A stretch of DNA of 52,393 nt from a virus (taxonomy: Duplodnaviria; Caudoviricetes): positions 1-52,393 of IMG/VR virus record IMGVR_UViG_3300035228_000496, one strand, 5' to 3'. Below are positions 29,381 through 39,081 of this stretch, piece after piece. Within the stretch, counting starts at the first letter, position 1. Every line of letters begins with the position of its first letter. Under the pieces are notes generated by a model, which did no database searches, was not told where the DNA came from, and saw nothing but the letters and a program-made list of their open reading frames with translations. The translations under genes were made by a program, and so were the position numbers.

Positions 29381-30211
29381 ATGGCAAAACCATCATCTAG
29401 ACAAGGACTCATAGACTATTGTTTACGTCAACTTGGTGCTCCAATCCTTGAGATTAATGTAGACGACGATCAAATTGATGATCTAGTTGATGATGCCATT
29501 CAATATTTTAATGAGCGTCATTTTGATGGTGTTGAAAAGATGTATCTTAAGTACAAAATCACTGAAGATGATGTAACTAGAGGTACAGCAAAAGGAACTA
29601 CTGGTACAGGAATTGTACAAACAACTGCTACCGATACTTCCAGTAGAACATATAATTTCTATGAAACTGAGAACTATATTCAAGTTCCAGAATCTGTAGT
29701 TGGAATTGAAAAGATTTTTAAATTTGATTCTAGTTCCATTTCTGGTGGAATGTTCAGTATTAAGTATCAACTATTCTTGAATGATCTTTACCATTTCAAT
29801 TCAGTTGAACTTCTTCAATATGCAATGACTAAGAGTTATCTTGAAGATATTGACTTCCTATTGACTCCAGATAAGCAAATAAGATTTAATAAAAGACAAG
29901 ATAGATTATATCTAGATATTGATTGGGGTTCTCAACCTGCGGGAGAATTTATTATACTTGAATGTTATAGAGCATTAGATCCTGCGGCATTCACCCAAAT
30001 CTTTAATGATAGTTGGGTAAAGATGTATCTTACTGCACTTATAAAGAGACAGTGGGGTAGAAATCTCAGTAAGTTCAGAGGTGTTAAACTTCCTGGCGGA
30101 ATTGAACTAAATGGAGGTGAAATTCTACAACAAGCAGAATCAGAAATTGCAGACATTAAAGGAAGAATGATCTCTGAATATGAATTACCACCCCTCGACT
30201 TTATTGGATAA
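29381..30211 (+). CDS. gp13: Neck protein gp13
   Basis: LIDYCLRQLGAPILEINVDDDQIDDLVDDAIQYF, WVKMYLTALIKRQWGRNLSKF.GVKLPGG. Confidence 0.95.
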   Translation: MAKPSSRQGLIDYCLRQLGAPILEINVDDDQIDDLVDDAIQYFNERHFDGVEKMYLKYKITEDDVTRGTAKGTTGTGIVQTTATDTSSRTYNFYETENYIQVPESVVGIEKIFKFDSSSISGGMFSIKYQLFLNDLYHFNSVELLQYAMTKSYLEDIDFLLTPDKQIRFNKRQDRLYLDIDWGSQPAGEFIILECYRALDPAAFTQIFNDSWVKMYLTALIKRQWGRNLSKFRGVKLPGGIELNGGEILQQAESEIADIKGRMISEYELPPLDFIG

Positions 30212-31329
30212 TGGCACTTAATCCTTTCTTCCAGCAAGGCACTGCTGGAGAGCAGAGACTAATACAAGATTTAGTGAATGAACACCTACAATTTCATGGT
30301 GTAGATGTAACATATATTCCAAGAAAATTTGTTAACAGAAAAACTATAATAGAAGAAGTACAGACTTCAAAGTTTGACGATAATTATAGTATTGAAGCAT
30401 ATGTTAATAATTATGATGGATATTCTGGTGCTGGAGATATTCTAACTAAATTTGGTGTAAGCATTCGTGATGAACTGATGCTCACAATATCAAGAGAAAG
30501 ATTTGAGGAATTTATTGCACCATTTATGGCAGGTCTTGATGATGGAACAGATACTAGTGAAATTCCAACATCTAGTAGACCAAGAGAAGGTGATTTAATA
30601 TACTTCCCGCTCGGACAAAGATTATTTGAAGTTAAGTTTGTTGAGCATGAAGATCCTTTCTATCAGTTAGGGAAAAATTATGTTTATCAACTTAAATGTG
30701 AACTCTTTGAATATGAGGATGAAGTCATCGATACTTCAATCGACTTTATTGATACTCAAGTTCAAGATGAAGGATATATTACTACACTTAATCTAATTGG
30801 TGTTGGTAGAACAGCGACTGCTGTTGCAATTATTCAAGGAACTCAATCAAGTGGATATATTAAAAATATATTCCTAAACAATGATGGTAGCGGGTATACT
30901 TCAATACCAACAATTGGAATAACTACTTCTCCAACTGGTGAAGTTGGTGATAATGCATCTGCTGTCGGTGTTTTAACAACTAAAGGCAATGTAACTTCTC
31001 TAAAAGAAATTTTAATCACTAATGCTGGTGCAGGGTATACTGTTGCCCCAACGATTAGTATAACTGGTGGTGGAGGTGTTGGTGCTGCAGCAACTGCACA
31101 ACTTATAACCAGTGGTTTAGGTGTAATCAGATTCAGCATCACGGATCCTGGTGTTGGATTTGGAACTTCTCCAATAGTTACAATTGATGGACCACCAATT
31201 AATGCACAACCTGTTGATGTTAATGTAACAACAACAGTTCCAGATAATTTCTCATATTCAATTTCTGAGAGATTTGATTCTGAACTTACAAGATTCGATC
31301 AAGAATTGACGTTTGATAAGAATTCATAA
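30211..31329 (+). CDS. gp14: Neck protein gp14, N-terminal part, with a foreign C-terminus (FD repeats)
   Basis: EQRLIQDLVNE..GVDVTYIPR, LTKFGV, RPREGDLIYFP..LFEVKFVEHEDPFYQLGK.YVYQLKCELFEY; lacks the usual DF.E.NPFG C-terminus. Confidence 0.88.
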   Translation: MALNPFFQQGTAGEQRLIQDLVNEHLQFHGVDVTYIPRKFVNRKTIIEEVQTSKFDDNYSIEAYVNNYDGYSGAGDILTKFGVSIRDELMLTISRERFEEFIAPFMAGLDDGTDTSEIPTSSRPREGDLIYFPLGQRLFEVKFVEHEDPFYQLGKNYVYQLKCELFEYEDEVIDTSIDFIDTQVQDEGYITTLNLIGVGRTATAVAIIQGTQSSGYIKNIFLNNDGSGYTSIPTIGITTSPTGEVGDNASAVGVLTTKGNVTSLKEILITNAGAGYTVAPTISITGGGGVGAAATAQLITSGLGVIRFSITDPGVGFGTSPIVTIDGPPINAQPVDVNVTTTVPDNFSYSISERFDSELTRFDQELTFDKNS

Positions 31330-31332
31330 ATA
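31325..31332 (+). promoter_or_regulatory. Late promoter
   Basis: CATAAATA upstream of ATG 31353. Confidence 0.6.
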
Positions 31333-31352
31333 GAAGAAAGTACGTTTAAATA

Positions 31353-32102
31353 ATGGCACTACTAGGTATATCAACGGGAACAACACCAAATGATGGTACT
31401 GGCGATTCGCTGATTGTTGGTGCCGATAAGGTTAATAAGAATTTTCAAGAAATTTATAATGCTATTGGAAATGGATCTACCATCTTTGCAGGTAGTCCAA
31501 ATATGCAGGTTGGTATCATTACTGCAGGTATTGTTACTGCAACATCACTTTATGGTGATGGATCTAACCTAACAGGTGTTGGTGCCGATGTAACTCTTCA
31601 AGATAATGGAACTGGAATTGGTACAGCGAGAATTATCAATTTTGGAGATTATCTCGACGTATCTTCAATTACTCCAACAGGAATCTGTACAGTAACTTCT
31701 ACATTTGTTGGTAGTAATCAACTTGGAGTAAGAACTGATATTTCACAGACAACAGGTTCAATTGCAGATGATGCAGCAGCAAATATTCAGTTTGCTGGAT
31801 TTAAATCATATACACTTTATAAAGTTCAAACTTCTGCCGCTGCTTGGGTTACATTATATACAAATTCAACAACAAGAACTGCAGATGCAAGTAGAAATAT
31901 AAACACAGACCCAGCAAACGGTTCTGGTGTAATTGCTGAAGTTATTACAACTGGAGCACAAACTCAATTAATTACTCCGGCAACTATTGGATTTAATGAT
32001 GATAATCCTGTTGCAACTACAATTTACGCTAAAGTAGTTAATAAGAGCGGAAGTACACAAAATATTACAGCAACTTTAACTATCCTTCAATTAGAAACCT
32101 GA
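31353..32102 (+). CDS. gp9/gp10-like fibre connector (trimeric adaptor)
   Basis: N-terminal GTTPNDGTGDSL..GADKVNKNFQEIY is the T4 gp9/gp10 N-terminal signature; VTATSLYGDGSNLTG fibre repeat. Confidence 0.75.
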   Translation: MALLGISTGTTPNDGTGDSLIVGADKVNKNFQEIYNAIGNGSTIFAGSPNMQVGIITAGIVTATSLYGDGSNLTGVGADVTLQDNGTGIGTARIINFGDYLDVSSITPTGICTVTSTFVGSNQLGVRTDISQTTGSIADDAAANIQFAGFKSYTLYKVQTSAAAWVTLYTNSTTRTADASRNINTDPANGSGVIAEVITTGAQTQLITPATIGFNDDNPVATTIYAKVVNKSGSTQNITATLTILQLET

Positions 32103-33826
32103 TGGAAGAATATATTGTAGTCACTAAAGATCAACATTGTCTCCAGTCATTATATGATGACTTAGAGACTTCTGGTGGAACATCCACCGTTCCAGAAAGA
32201 TCTGTAGAATGTTGTAAAAGAAAACCTGCAAGCAGAAGTACACATTACATGCTCAATCAAGAAGAGGTGGAAGTACTTCTAAATGATGATAGAGTGGAAG
32301 GAATAGATTGTAAACAAATTTTAGATGAACAGATAAAGACTCCATTTTATGAGCAGCAATCAGATTTCTTTAATAAAGGAGCAGGAAACGATTCATCCCA
32401 TATAAATTGGGGTCTCTTGAGATGTACTGAGGGAGAAAATAGATATGCTTGGGGTGCTGACGGTATTCCAACACAAGCAGGTATTGCAACTGTAACTCAG
32501 ACTGGAAGAAATGTTGATGTTGTAATCGTAGATACTATTATAGATCCAAACGATCCAGAATTTGCAGTTAATTCAGATGGAACTGGTGGTTCTAGAGTAA
32601 TTCAATATAATTGGTTTCAACATAATCCACAAGTCACTGGCGGATCTGCGGGCACTTACGATTATAATCTAATTCCGTCAGACAATCATGGTAATCATGT
32701 TGCAGGAACTGTTGCAGGAAATACTCAGGGTTGGGCAAGAGGTGCTAATATTTACAACTTCAGTCCATTTGGAGGAGATGGTGTAAATAATACCAATCCA
32801 GACCCAAGTGGAGCGGATACGTATGAATATATTTTACAATTCCACTTAAACAAACCAGTTAATCCAAAAACTGGTAAACAAAATCCTACAATTATCAATA
32901 ATAGTTGGGGAGCGATAATTACTAGATCGCGATCTCCACAATCAGAAACTGATCCAAATAAAGTTGATTTTATAGATCATGAAGGAACCAGAATTGAAGG
33001 ACCACTGACAGATGCTCAGTTAGAACAGTATGGTGTAATGGACTTTACCACGTCTGGTGGAGCCTTTGGTGCAGGAATTGTAAAAATGGGTGCCTCTAGT
33101 AACAGTGGACGAGCAGCAATAGTAGATTGTTTAACTGCAGGAGTACTTGTGTTTAGTTCTGCAGGAAATTCAAAATATAAAATAGTCAAACAGGGTGATC
33201 CAGATTATAATAATCAATATGGTGGGTATACAACCTCTTTTGGTGGTGCATATAGATTTAGTAGTACATATCATACGGGAAATTATGTAGCAACTAGTGG
33301 AACTACAATTATTGTTGGTGCAACAAACTCTGCAGTTGTAGATGCTAAAAGATCGTTCAGTGATTGTGGACCTGCTGTTGGTGTATATGGACCAGGAACA
33401 AATATTCAATCATCTGGATTGAGTAGTGGTGTACCAGATCCAAGAAATTCAGCGTATAAAAGACTTAAACTCAATGGAACGAGTATGTCTTGTCCACAGG
33501 TTACTGGAGTAGTTGCTTGTCTTTTAGAAAGATATCCAGAAATAACTCAGGCACTAGGACAATCTGGATATGGTGGTCCAAAAGTTTCAGGTTCAAATGA
33601 TGTTCAAGATTATATTGATGAATATTGGAGTAAGAATCAACTCTTAGATACTGGTGGAAATTATACTGATGAAAACTCTTTACAGGGTGGACCTAATGTA
33701 TATTTAAAATTCCAAAGAGAACGAGAGTATAGTGGTCAAATGACACCAACTCATAAAATGTGGTTTATTAGACCATCAAGTGGAAGTGTTTGGCCAAGGA
33801 AACCTCCAACTAGATATGAGAGATAG
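32102..33826 (+). CDS. Subtilisin-like serine peptidase (family S8)
   Basis: Catalytic triad VVIVD (codon ~32531), HGNHVAGTVAG (~32687), GTSMSCPQV (~33482); INNSWG and oxyanion SAGN motifs; no signal peptide. Confidence 0.92.
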   Translation: MEEYIVVTKDQHCLQSLYDDLETSGGTSTVPERSVECCKRKPASRSTHYMLNQEEVEVLLNDDRVEGIDCKQILDEQIKTPFYEQQSDFFNKGAGNDSSHINWGLLRCTEGENRYAWGADGIPTQAGIATVTQTGRNVDVVIVDTIIDPNDPEFAVNSDGTGGSRVIQYNWFQHNPQVTGGSAGTYDYNLIPSDNHGNHVAGTVAGNTQGWARGANIYNFSPFGGDGVNNTNPDPSGADTYEYILQFHLNKPVNPKTGKQNPTIINNSWGAIITRSRSPQSETDPNKVDFIDHEGTRIEGPLTDAQLEQYGVMDFTTSGGAFGAGIVKMGASSNSGRAAIVDCLTAGVLVFSSAGNSKYKIVKQGDPDYNNQYGGYTTSFGGAYRFSSTYHTGNYVATSGTTIIVGATNSAVVDAKRSFSDCGPAVGVYGPGTNIQSSGLSSGVPDPRNSAYKRLKLNGTSMSCPQVTGVVACLLERYPEITQALGQSGYGGPKVSGSNDVQDYIDEYWSKNQLLDTGGNYTDENSLQGGPNVYLKFQREREYSGQMTPTHKMWFIRPSSGSVWPRKPPTRYER

Positions 33827-33834
33827 GATAAATA
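33827..33834 (+). promoter_or_regulatory. Late promoter
   Basis: GATAAATA upstream of ATG 33856. Confidence 0.6.
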
Positions 33835-33855
33835 GTAAAAAAACTATTCGTCATA

Positions 33856-36800
33856 ATGCCAGCAGAAAGAGAAAATAAATTTGCTAGAGCTAGGCATCAT
33901 TTGAGGTCCACTCATTTGTTAGAAGGTCCTACAAATAATACTTCTGGATATTTTACAATTGAACCAGAAGTCTTTGAAACTATTCCAGCAGTTCGTGCTG
34001 CCCTAAATTTAGGGGCAGATGATTCCTCTCTAGTAGGAAAAGACACTTCTGGTTTATTTGATAATTTAGGTAATTCATTGGCAGAAGGTCCACCAGGAGA
34101 TAGTAGTTATATTCTAGGACCAATGGTTAGTGTTTACTTTCCAGATGGTGATTATAGTGCTATTGGATATATTCAAAAAGATACAAGAAAAGTAATTAAT
34201 CTTGCTAGAATCCCAGGCACAGTTAGTGGTTGGGGTATTGGTGGTAATGTTGAAGGATTTACAAGTTATAGTCAACTTACGTTAGAACAGGCTCTATGGT
34301 ATAGGGATAAATTAATTAATGGAAATACATCTTCATATAGAGTATTTTATATTGGTGTTTTTGAGCAATTAAATTCCGAAAATCCAAATGTTACCGATGA
34401 CAGTGCAGGAGTTGATGTTGATGAATATGGTAGATGGATAGGAGATATTATTGATGCTGGATATGTTATAGATCCAGAAACAAAGAAATTAGTTAAAAAA
34501 GGTAAAAAGGGTCCAGATCCTGATATGCCTCCTGGTATTGCAAACCCAATCGTTCAGAAATTAAAGGATAAACTTAAGAAAGGTGAAAATTTAACTATAG
34601 ATGACTTCCCATCGGCGGCAGATTTTTCTGCGTTTAAAAATGGTGGAGGAAATGCTGCACTGAGAGATGGAAAAACTATTGGTGACGTAATTAGACAAGG
34701 TATCATAAACATTAATGGTGCTGATAGTGGTGCTAGACTTGCAGATTTTGATGATTATATGGGTCCAGCATTTGGAAATGATTCTGTAGCAAATAGTGAA
34801 AGACAAAAAGCAGTAGATGCTAGAAATGATGCGATTTATGATTATTGGAAAAATAATTATAAACCAGACAAGTCTGTTAATCCAGATGGTCTTACTCAAA
34901 AACAAATAGATGATATGCCGGACTGGTATAAGGACGTATCCACTCATCCAGATCCAAAAAATTATACTGGAGGATTTAAAGACACTCCTGTTGGTCAGGC
35001 AGTTAATGACTTTATGTATGACCCAACTCACGGGTGGTGGAGACAGGCAGTTTTAGATTTTGGTGTAGGAGCTATTTCGCAAGCTGTTGGTAGACCAGGT
35101 GGTAGTATGCCAACACCAAGAAGACCAACAATTGGTGCTACTGGTATGAATCAACCAGGATACAGAGCAATTACTGGTGGTGAAAGATTCCAAGTTCCAC
35201 AAGGAGGTGGATTAATAGGAAAAGGTTCTAGACCAATATTGGGTAGAGGTGCATATTCTGCTGACCAAGTTGGTCAAGTTGGACCTGGTGGACTAAGACC
35301 TGGTTCTGGTGCTTCTAGATATGCACAACCTGGTGGTGGTGTTGTTGGTAGTATTGTTCCACCTGGCGCAAGAGGAACAAGAATTATTGAACCACAGAAA
35401 GTTGTTTCAGGACCAACTTTTGATAAGGGTCGAGATCTTGCATCAAGAGTTGCTAAAGGACAATATCCTAACAGTTCTTCGGCAAGTCGGACAAGACAAG
35501 ATATGATTGATGCAGGATTTCCTAAAGGACAATCCTCAATTTCTTATGATCAGTTGCCACAAAAACCATCTATGAAACCAAATGGCAAGTCTTTTGATGC
35601 TTTTTCTAGAGCAGCATTAGGGGCTGGTGCAGCATTTGGAGCGTCAGAACTTCTTGCACCAAGTCCCGCTGAGGGAGCAAGAAACTTATCTTCAAATGAA
35701 GGACAATCTAGATTGCAAGGTAAACTGGGATCTGAATTTTCTCTTGGAGATAAAATTCAAGCTGGTGGAGATCACGTAAGATATCCAATTTTACAAAATG
35801 GAAAACCTGTTATCGATCCAAGAACTAATAAACCAAGAGAAGTTGGTGGTGGTGTTAGAGGTGGTAGAGTATCTGGTTCATTTGAATCGGGTATTGATGA
35901 TTTTGTACGTGATTATGAGAGTGGATTTAAAGGAGATGTTCAGAAGGGAAAACCATCTGGTACCACACGATTTGATAATACAACTAAAAAACCTATAACT
36001 AGAACTGCCTCTAAAGTACAACCCAAACCAACTAAAAGAACGACAATTAGGTCGATGCCTGCTAGTATGATGGGCAAACCTCCAGTATCCAAACCTCAAG
36101 TTCAACGACCTGAAGTAAATCCACTGAATACAGATCCATATAAGTTATATAATCCGTCTAAAGGATCAAGTCAAAATCTTCAAAAGTCTCTTGGTAGATT
36201 TAATAGAGGATATATGCCGAAGGGTCCTATAAGATTCTCTCATGAACTTGAGGGTCAAATGCTTGCAGAAAATCGCAGCAGAATTTTGCGTGAAGTTAAA
36301 AAACCCTATCAGTTACCAGAAGTAAAGACTGAAAAAGTAAAGTATCGTCCTAAAGTTAATAAAACGGAAACAAGATCTGTTGGCGATGGTCTTATGAAGA
36401 AAGCAGAAGTTCCAACGTCTTTCAAGAGACTTGAGGATAGTATGTGGAAAAAGCAAGATCGTCATTGGAATGAGAGACACTCTCAAGAAAGAAAGAATAT
36501 GATTCTAGATACAGTTGGAACTTCAGATCATGCTTGGGAGTATATTACAGATCGTAGTGCATCTGGCAATGATGCAAAGATGTATGAGCACTTTGGTAAT
36601 GGTATAAAAAATCAAATTATTGAAAAGAAAAAGATTGGTAATGACTATATTATCAAAATGTATAATGAACAGGGAAAGGTTGAAACTGTGACCCAATCAA
36701 TTCTTAATGAAAGACTTCAAAGACAATATGAATTAAAAGAGCAAGAAACTATCTACGCTCCTAAAGATCCTTTAGTTGCAAGAATTAGGAACAAGTTGTA

Positions 36801-37083
36801 TTCACAAATAGATTATCCAAATAAACCAGCAAAACTTGGATATCCAGATGAACCACCTAAACAAATGATAGGTGGATATCATCCAGATTTTGGAGATAGA
36901 CATTCTTATTACAATAGATTAGATAGACATAGTGCGGATACTATGCAGAATGCTCCTACTAAAGATTTAAAAATTGATGGGAAAGTTCAAAAACAAACAA
37001 CAAGGCAAAAAGCATTGAATATTGTTAATAATATAAGATCCGCAAAAGCAGAGTATGCAAAGGCAACAAAGAAAAATAAATAG
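33856..37083 (+). CDS. Large hypothetical protein (1075 aa), probable virion internal protein with a G/P/K-rich centre
   Basis: Long ORF with its own late promoter; LLE/LAE putative gp21 sites; low-complexity central region. Confidence 0.7.
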   Translation: MPAERENKFARARHHLRSTHLLEGPTNNTSGYFTIEPEVFETIPAVRAALNLGADDSSLVGKDTSGLFDNLGNSLAEGPPGDSSYILGPMVSVYFPDGDYSAIGYIQKDTRKVINLARIPGTVSGWGIGGNVEGFTSYSQLTLEQALWYRDKLINGNTSSYRVFYIGVFEQLNSENPNVTDDSAGVDVDEYGRWIGDIIDAGYVIDPETKKLVKKGKKGPDPDMPPGIANPIVQKLKDKLKKGENLTIDDFPSAADFSAFKNGGGNAALRDGKTIGDVIRQGIININGADSGARLADFDDYMGPAFGNDSVANSERQKAVDARNDAIYDYWKNNYKPDKSVNPDGLTQKQIDDMPDWYKDVSTHPDPKNYTGGFKDTPVGQAVNDFMYDPTHGWWRQAVLDFGVGAISQAVGRPGGSMPTPRRPTIGATGMNQPGYRAITGGERFQVPQGGGLIGKGSRPILGRGAYSADQVGQVGPGGLRPGSGASRYAQPGGGVVGSIVPPGARGTRIIEPQKVVSGPTFDKGRDLASRVAKGQYPNSSSASRTRQDMIDAGFPKGQSSISYDQLPQKPSMKPNGKSFDAFSRAALGAGAAFGASELLAPSPAEGARNLSSNEGQSRLQGKLGSEFSLGDKIQAGGDHVRYPILQNGKPVIDPRTNKPREVGGGVRGGRVSGSFESGIDDFVRDYESGFKGDVQKGKPSGTTRFDNTTKKPITRTASKVQPKPTKRTTIRSMPASMMGKPPVSKPQVQRPEVNPLNTDPYKLYNPSKGSSQNLQKSLGRFNRGYMPKGPIRFSHELEGQMLAENRSRILREVKKPYQLPEVKTEKVKYRPKVNKTETRSVGDGLMKKAEVPTSFKRLEDSMWKKQDRHWNERHSQERKNMILDTVGTSDHAWEYITDRSASGNDAKMYEHFGNGIKNQIIEKKKIGNDYIIKMYNEQGKVETVTQSILNERLQRQYELKEQETIYAPKDPLVARIRNKLYSQIDYPNKPAKLGYPDEPPKQMIGGYHPDFGDRHSYYNRLDRHSADTMQNAPTKDLKIDGKVQKQTTRQKALNIVNNIRSAKAEYAKATKKNK
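37075..37082 (+). promoter_or_regulatory. Late promoter
   Basis: AATAAATA upstream of ATG 37104. Confidence 0.6.
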
Positions 37084-37103
37084 TTCGTTGGTATATCAAT
37101 AAG

Positions 37104-37799
37104 ATGGCAAGAACAATACCAGGATCAGGGGCAGTAGTATCAGCAAACTTCAATACCAACTTTGGGGTATCAGGTTTCACAATATCTAATGGTGGTACTG
37201 GTTATGCATCAACAGATCCTCCAAGAATTGATATAACAGGAACTACAGCACCATCTGCATCTGGTTCTTTTTATCCAATCATAGTTAATGGTGTAATACA
37301 ATCTATTAAGGTATTGACCGCTGGTTCTGGGTATTTCCCATTAGTATCTACAGCATCAACTGCTGTTGGTATTTCTTCCATAGGATATGATGGAAACTCT
37401 AAAGTTCTCAAATCGATTTTACTTAGAGATGCAGGTAAAGGATATAGTCAATCACCAACAGTAACAATTTCAGATCCAGAATCAATATCTGGTATTGGAA
37501 CGTATCAATTTAATGAAATTGTTATTGGATCTAGATCTGGTATCAGAGCAAGAGTAAAGGAGTGGGATGCTGATACGTTGATTCTTAAAGTTGCTAATGT
37601 TGGCACATCTAAGACTGCACCAGATGGTAAGTTCTTTAATGGTGAATCTATCGTAGGTGAAACATCTGGAGCAAGTTATGCTACCAGAAATTATGTACAG
37701 GACGATACTTATGATAAATATACCGAGAACGATGAATTTGAGACTCTCGGAGATAGTCTTATAGACTTCACGGAAACTAATCCCTTTGGAACTTTCTAA
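37104..37799 (+). CDS. Neck protein gp14, C-terminal part, with a foreign N-terminus
   Basis: Ends ...ARVKEWD...F.NGESIVGETSGA...ENDEFETLGDSLIDFTETNPFGTF, the canonical cyanophage gp14 C-terminus; stop overlaps the gp15 ATG. Confidence 0.75.
   Translation: MARTIPGSGAVVSANFNTNFGVSGFTISNGGTGYASTDPPRIDITGTTAPSASGSFYPIIVNGVIQSIKVLTAGSGYFPLVSTASTAVGISSIGYDGNSKVLKSILLRDAGKGYSQSPTVTISDPESISGIGTYQFNEIVIGSRSGIRARVKEWDADTLILKVANVGTSKTAPDGKFFNGESIVGETSGASYATRNYVQDDTYDKYTENDEFETLGDSLIDFTETNPFGTF
37713..37720 (+). promoter_or_regulatory. Late promoter embedded upstream of gp15
   Basis: GATAAATA about 80 nt upstream of gp15. Confidence 0.5.
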
Positions 37800-38644
37800 T
37801 GTTAGGTCAGTATTATTACCACGAAATAGTTAGAAAAACTATTATAGCGTTTGGAACGTTATTTAATGATATTCATATTCGTCATCAAGATGGTGATGAT
37901 AATGATATTAGTGATATGAAAGTTCCTTTGGCATATGGTCCCAGTCAGAAATTTTTAGCAAGACTTACTCAACAGTCAGATTTAAATAAGGCAGTTCAAA
38001 TAAGTATGCCAAGGATGTCATTTGAGATGACATCAATTCAATATGACTCTACTAGAAAATCTAGTCTTATTCAGACATTTAAAACTTGTGATGACGGCAG
38101 TAAAGTAAAGAAAGTCTTTATGCCTGTTCCATATAACATTGGATTTGAACTCAATATTCTGTCTAAATTAAATGACGATTCACTTCAAATTCTTGAGCAA
38201 GTTTTACCATATTTTCAACCACATTTCAATTTGACTGTAGATTTAGTTCAGTCTATTGGAGAAAAAAGAGATATTCCTATTGTCCTCGAATCAGTAAATT
38301 TTCAAGATGATTATGAAGGAAACTTTGATACACGCAGAGCACTGATACATACTTTACAGTTTACTGCTAAAACATATCTGTTTGGTCCTATCGCAGATAG
38401 CAGTGATGGTCTTATCCGTAAGGTTCAAGTTGATGTCTACGGTAGCACTGATCGTGCAACTGCTAAACGTGAAATGCGCTACACAGTCACACCAACTGCT
38501 AAGGAAGATAAGAATGCTGATGGTGTAATCGATCAAGCAGATCATGATCTTCTTATGCCAGGTGACAACTTTGGATTTGATGAAGACTGGCAGTTCTTGG
38601 GTGATGGTAAGAAGTATAGTCCAACTAGAAAAACGGATATCTAA
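37799..38644 (+). CDS. gp15: Tail sheath stabilizer/completion protein gp15
   Basis: YYYHEIVRKTIIAFGTLFNDI, VPLAYGPSQKFLARL, PRMSFEM, PVPYNIGFEL, QILEQVLPYFQP. Confidence 0.95.
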   Translation: MLGQYYYHEIVRKTIIAFGTLFNDIHIRHQDGDDNDISDMKVPLAYGPSQKFLARLTQQSDLNKAVQISMPRMSFEMTSIQYDSTRKSSLIQTFKTCDDGSKVKKVFMPVPYNIGFELNILSKLNDDSLQILEQVLPYFQPHFNLTVDLVQSIGEKRDIPIVLESVNFQDDYEGNFDTRRALIHTLQFTAKTYLFGPIADSSDGLIRKVQVDVYGSTDRATAKREMRYTVTPTAKEDKNADGVIDQADHDLLMPGDNFGFDEDWQFLGDGKKYSPTRKTDI

Positions 38645-38649
38645 TAATC

Positions 38650-39081
38650 ATGAATAATAGTTATGAGTCCATTGATAATGCGCTTGATATTGAAAGTAGC
38701 ATTGTTGAATCAAAACCAGTAAAACCTGTTCCCCAAAAACAGGAAAGAAATGATATAACGAAGGATTATGAATATACTCGTGCTAATTTATATTCTCTCA
38801 TAGAAAAAGGTCAAGAAGCAATAAATGGAATTATGGAACTTGCAGGAGAAAGTGCAAGTCCTAGAGCATATGAAGTTGCTGGTCAATTAATTAAGAGTGT
38901 TGCAGATACAACTGATAAGTTGGCAGATCTTCAGAAAAAATTGAAAGACTTGGAAGAAGATAATAGTAAAAAGAGTCCAAGTAATGTTACTAACAATGCA
39001 TTGTTTGTTGGATCCACATCAGAATTATCAAAACTACTCAAGCAAGGTTTTCTAAATAATAATGATGAGAATTCTGAGTAA
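38650..39081 (+). CDS. gp16: Terminase small subunit gp16
   Basis: DYEYTRANLY, ESASPRAYEVAGQLIK, NNALFVGSTSEL. Confidence 0.93.
   Translation: MNNSYESIDNALDIESSIVESKPVKPVPQKQERNDITKDYEYTRANLYSLIEKGQEAINGIMELAGESASPRAYEVAGQLIKSVADTTDKLADLQKKLKDLEEDNSKKSPSNVTNNALFVGSTSELSKLLKQGFLNNNDENSE
39051..39058 (+). promoter_or_regulatory. Late promoter (CTAAATA variant)
   Basis: TCTAAATA upstream of ATG 39081. Confidence 0.55.

Noticed and set aside
31330-37103. Cassette in gp14 as a self-splicing intron or transposon
   Set aside because: No group I/II core, maturase, homing endonuclease, transposase or terminal repeats seen; the C-half has its own promoter and start
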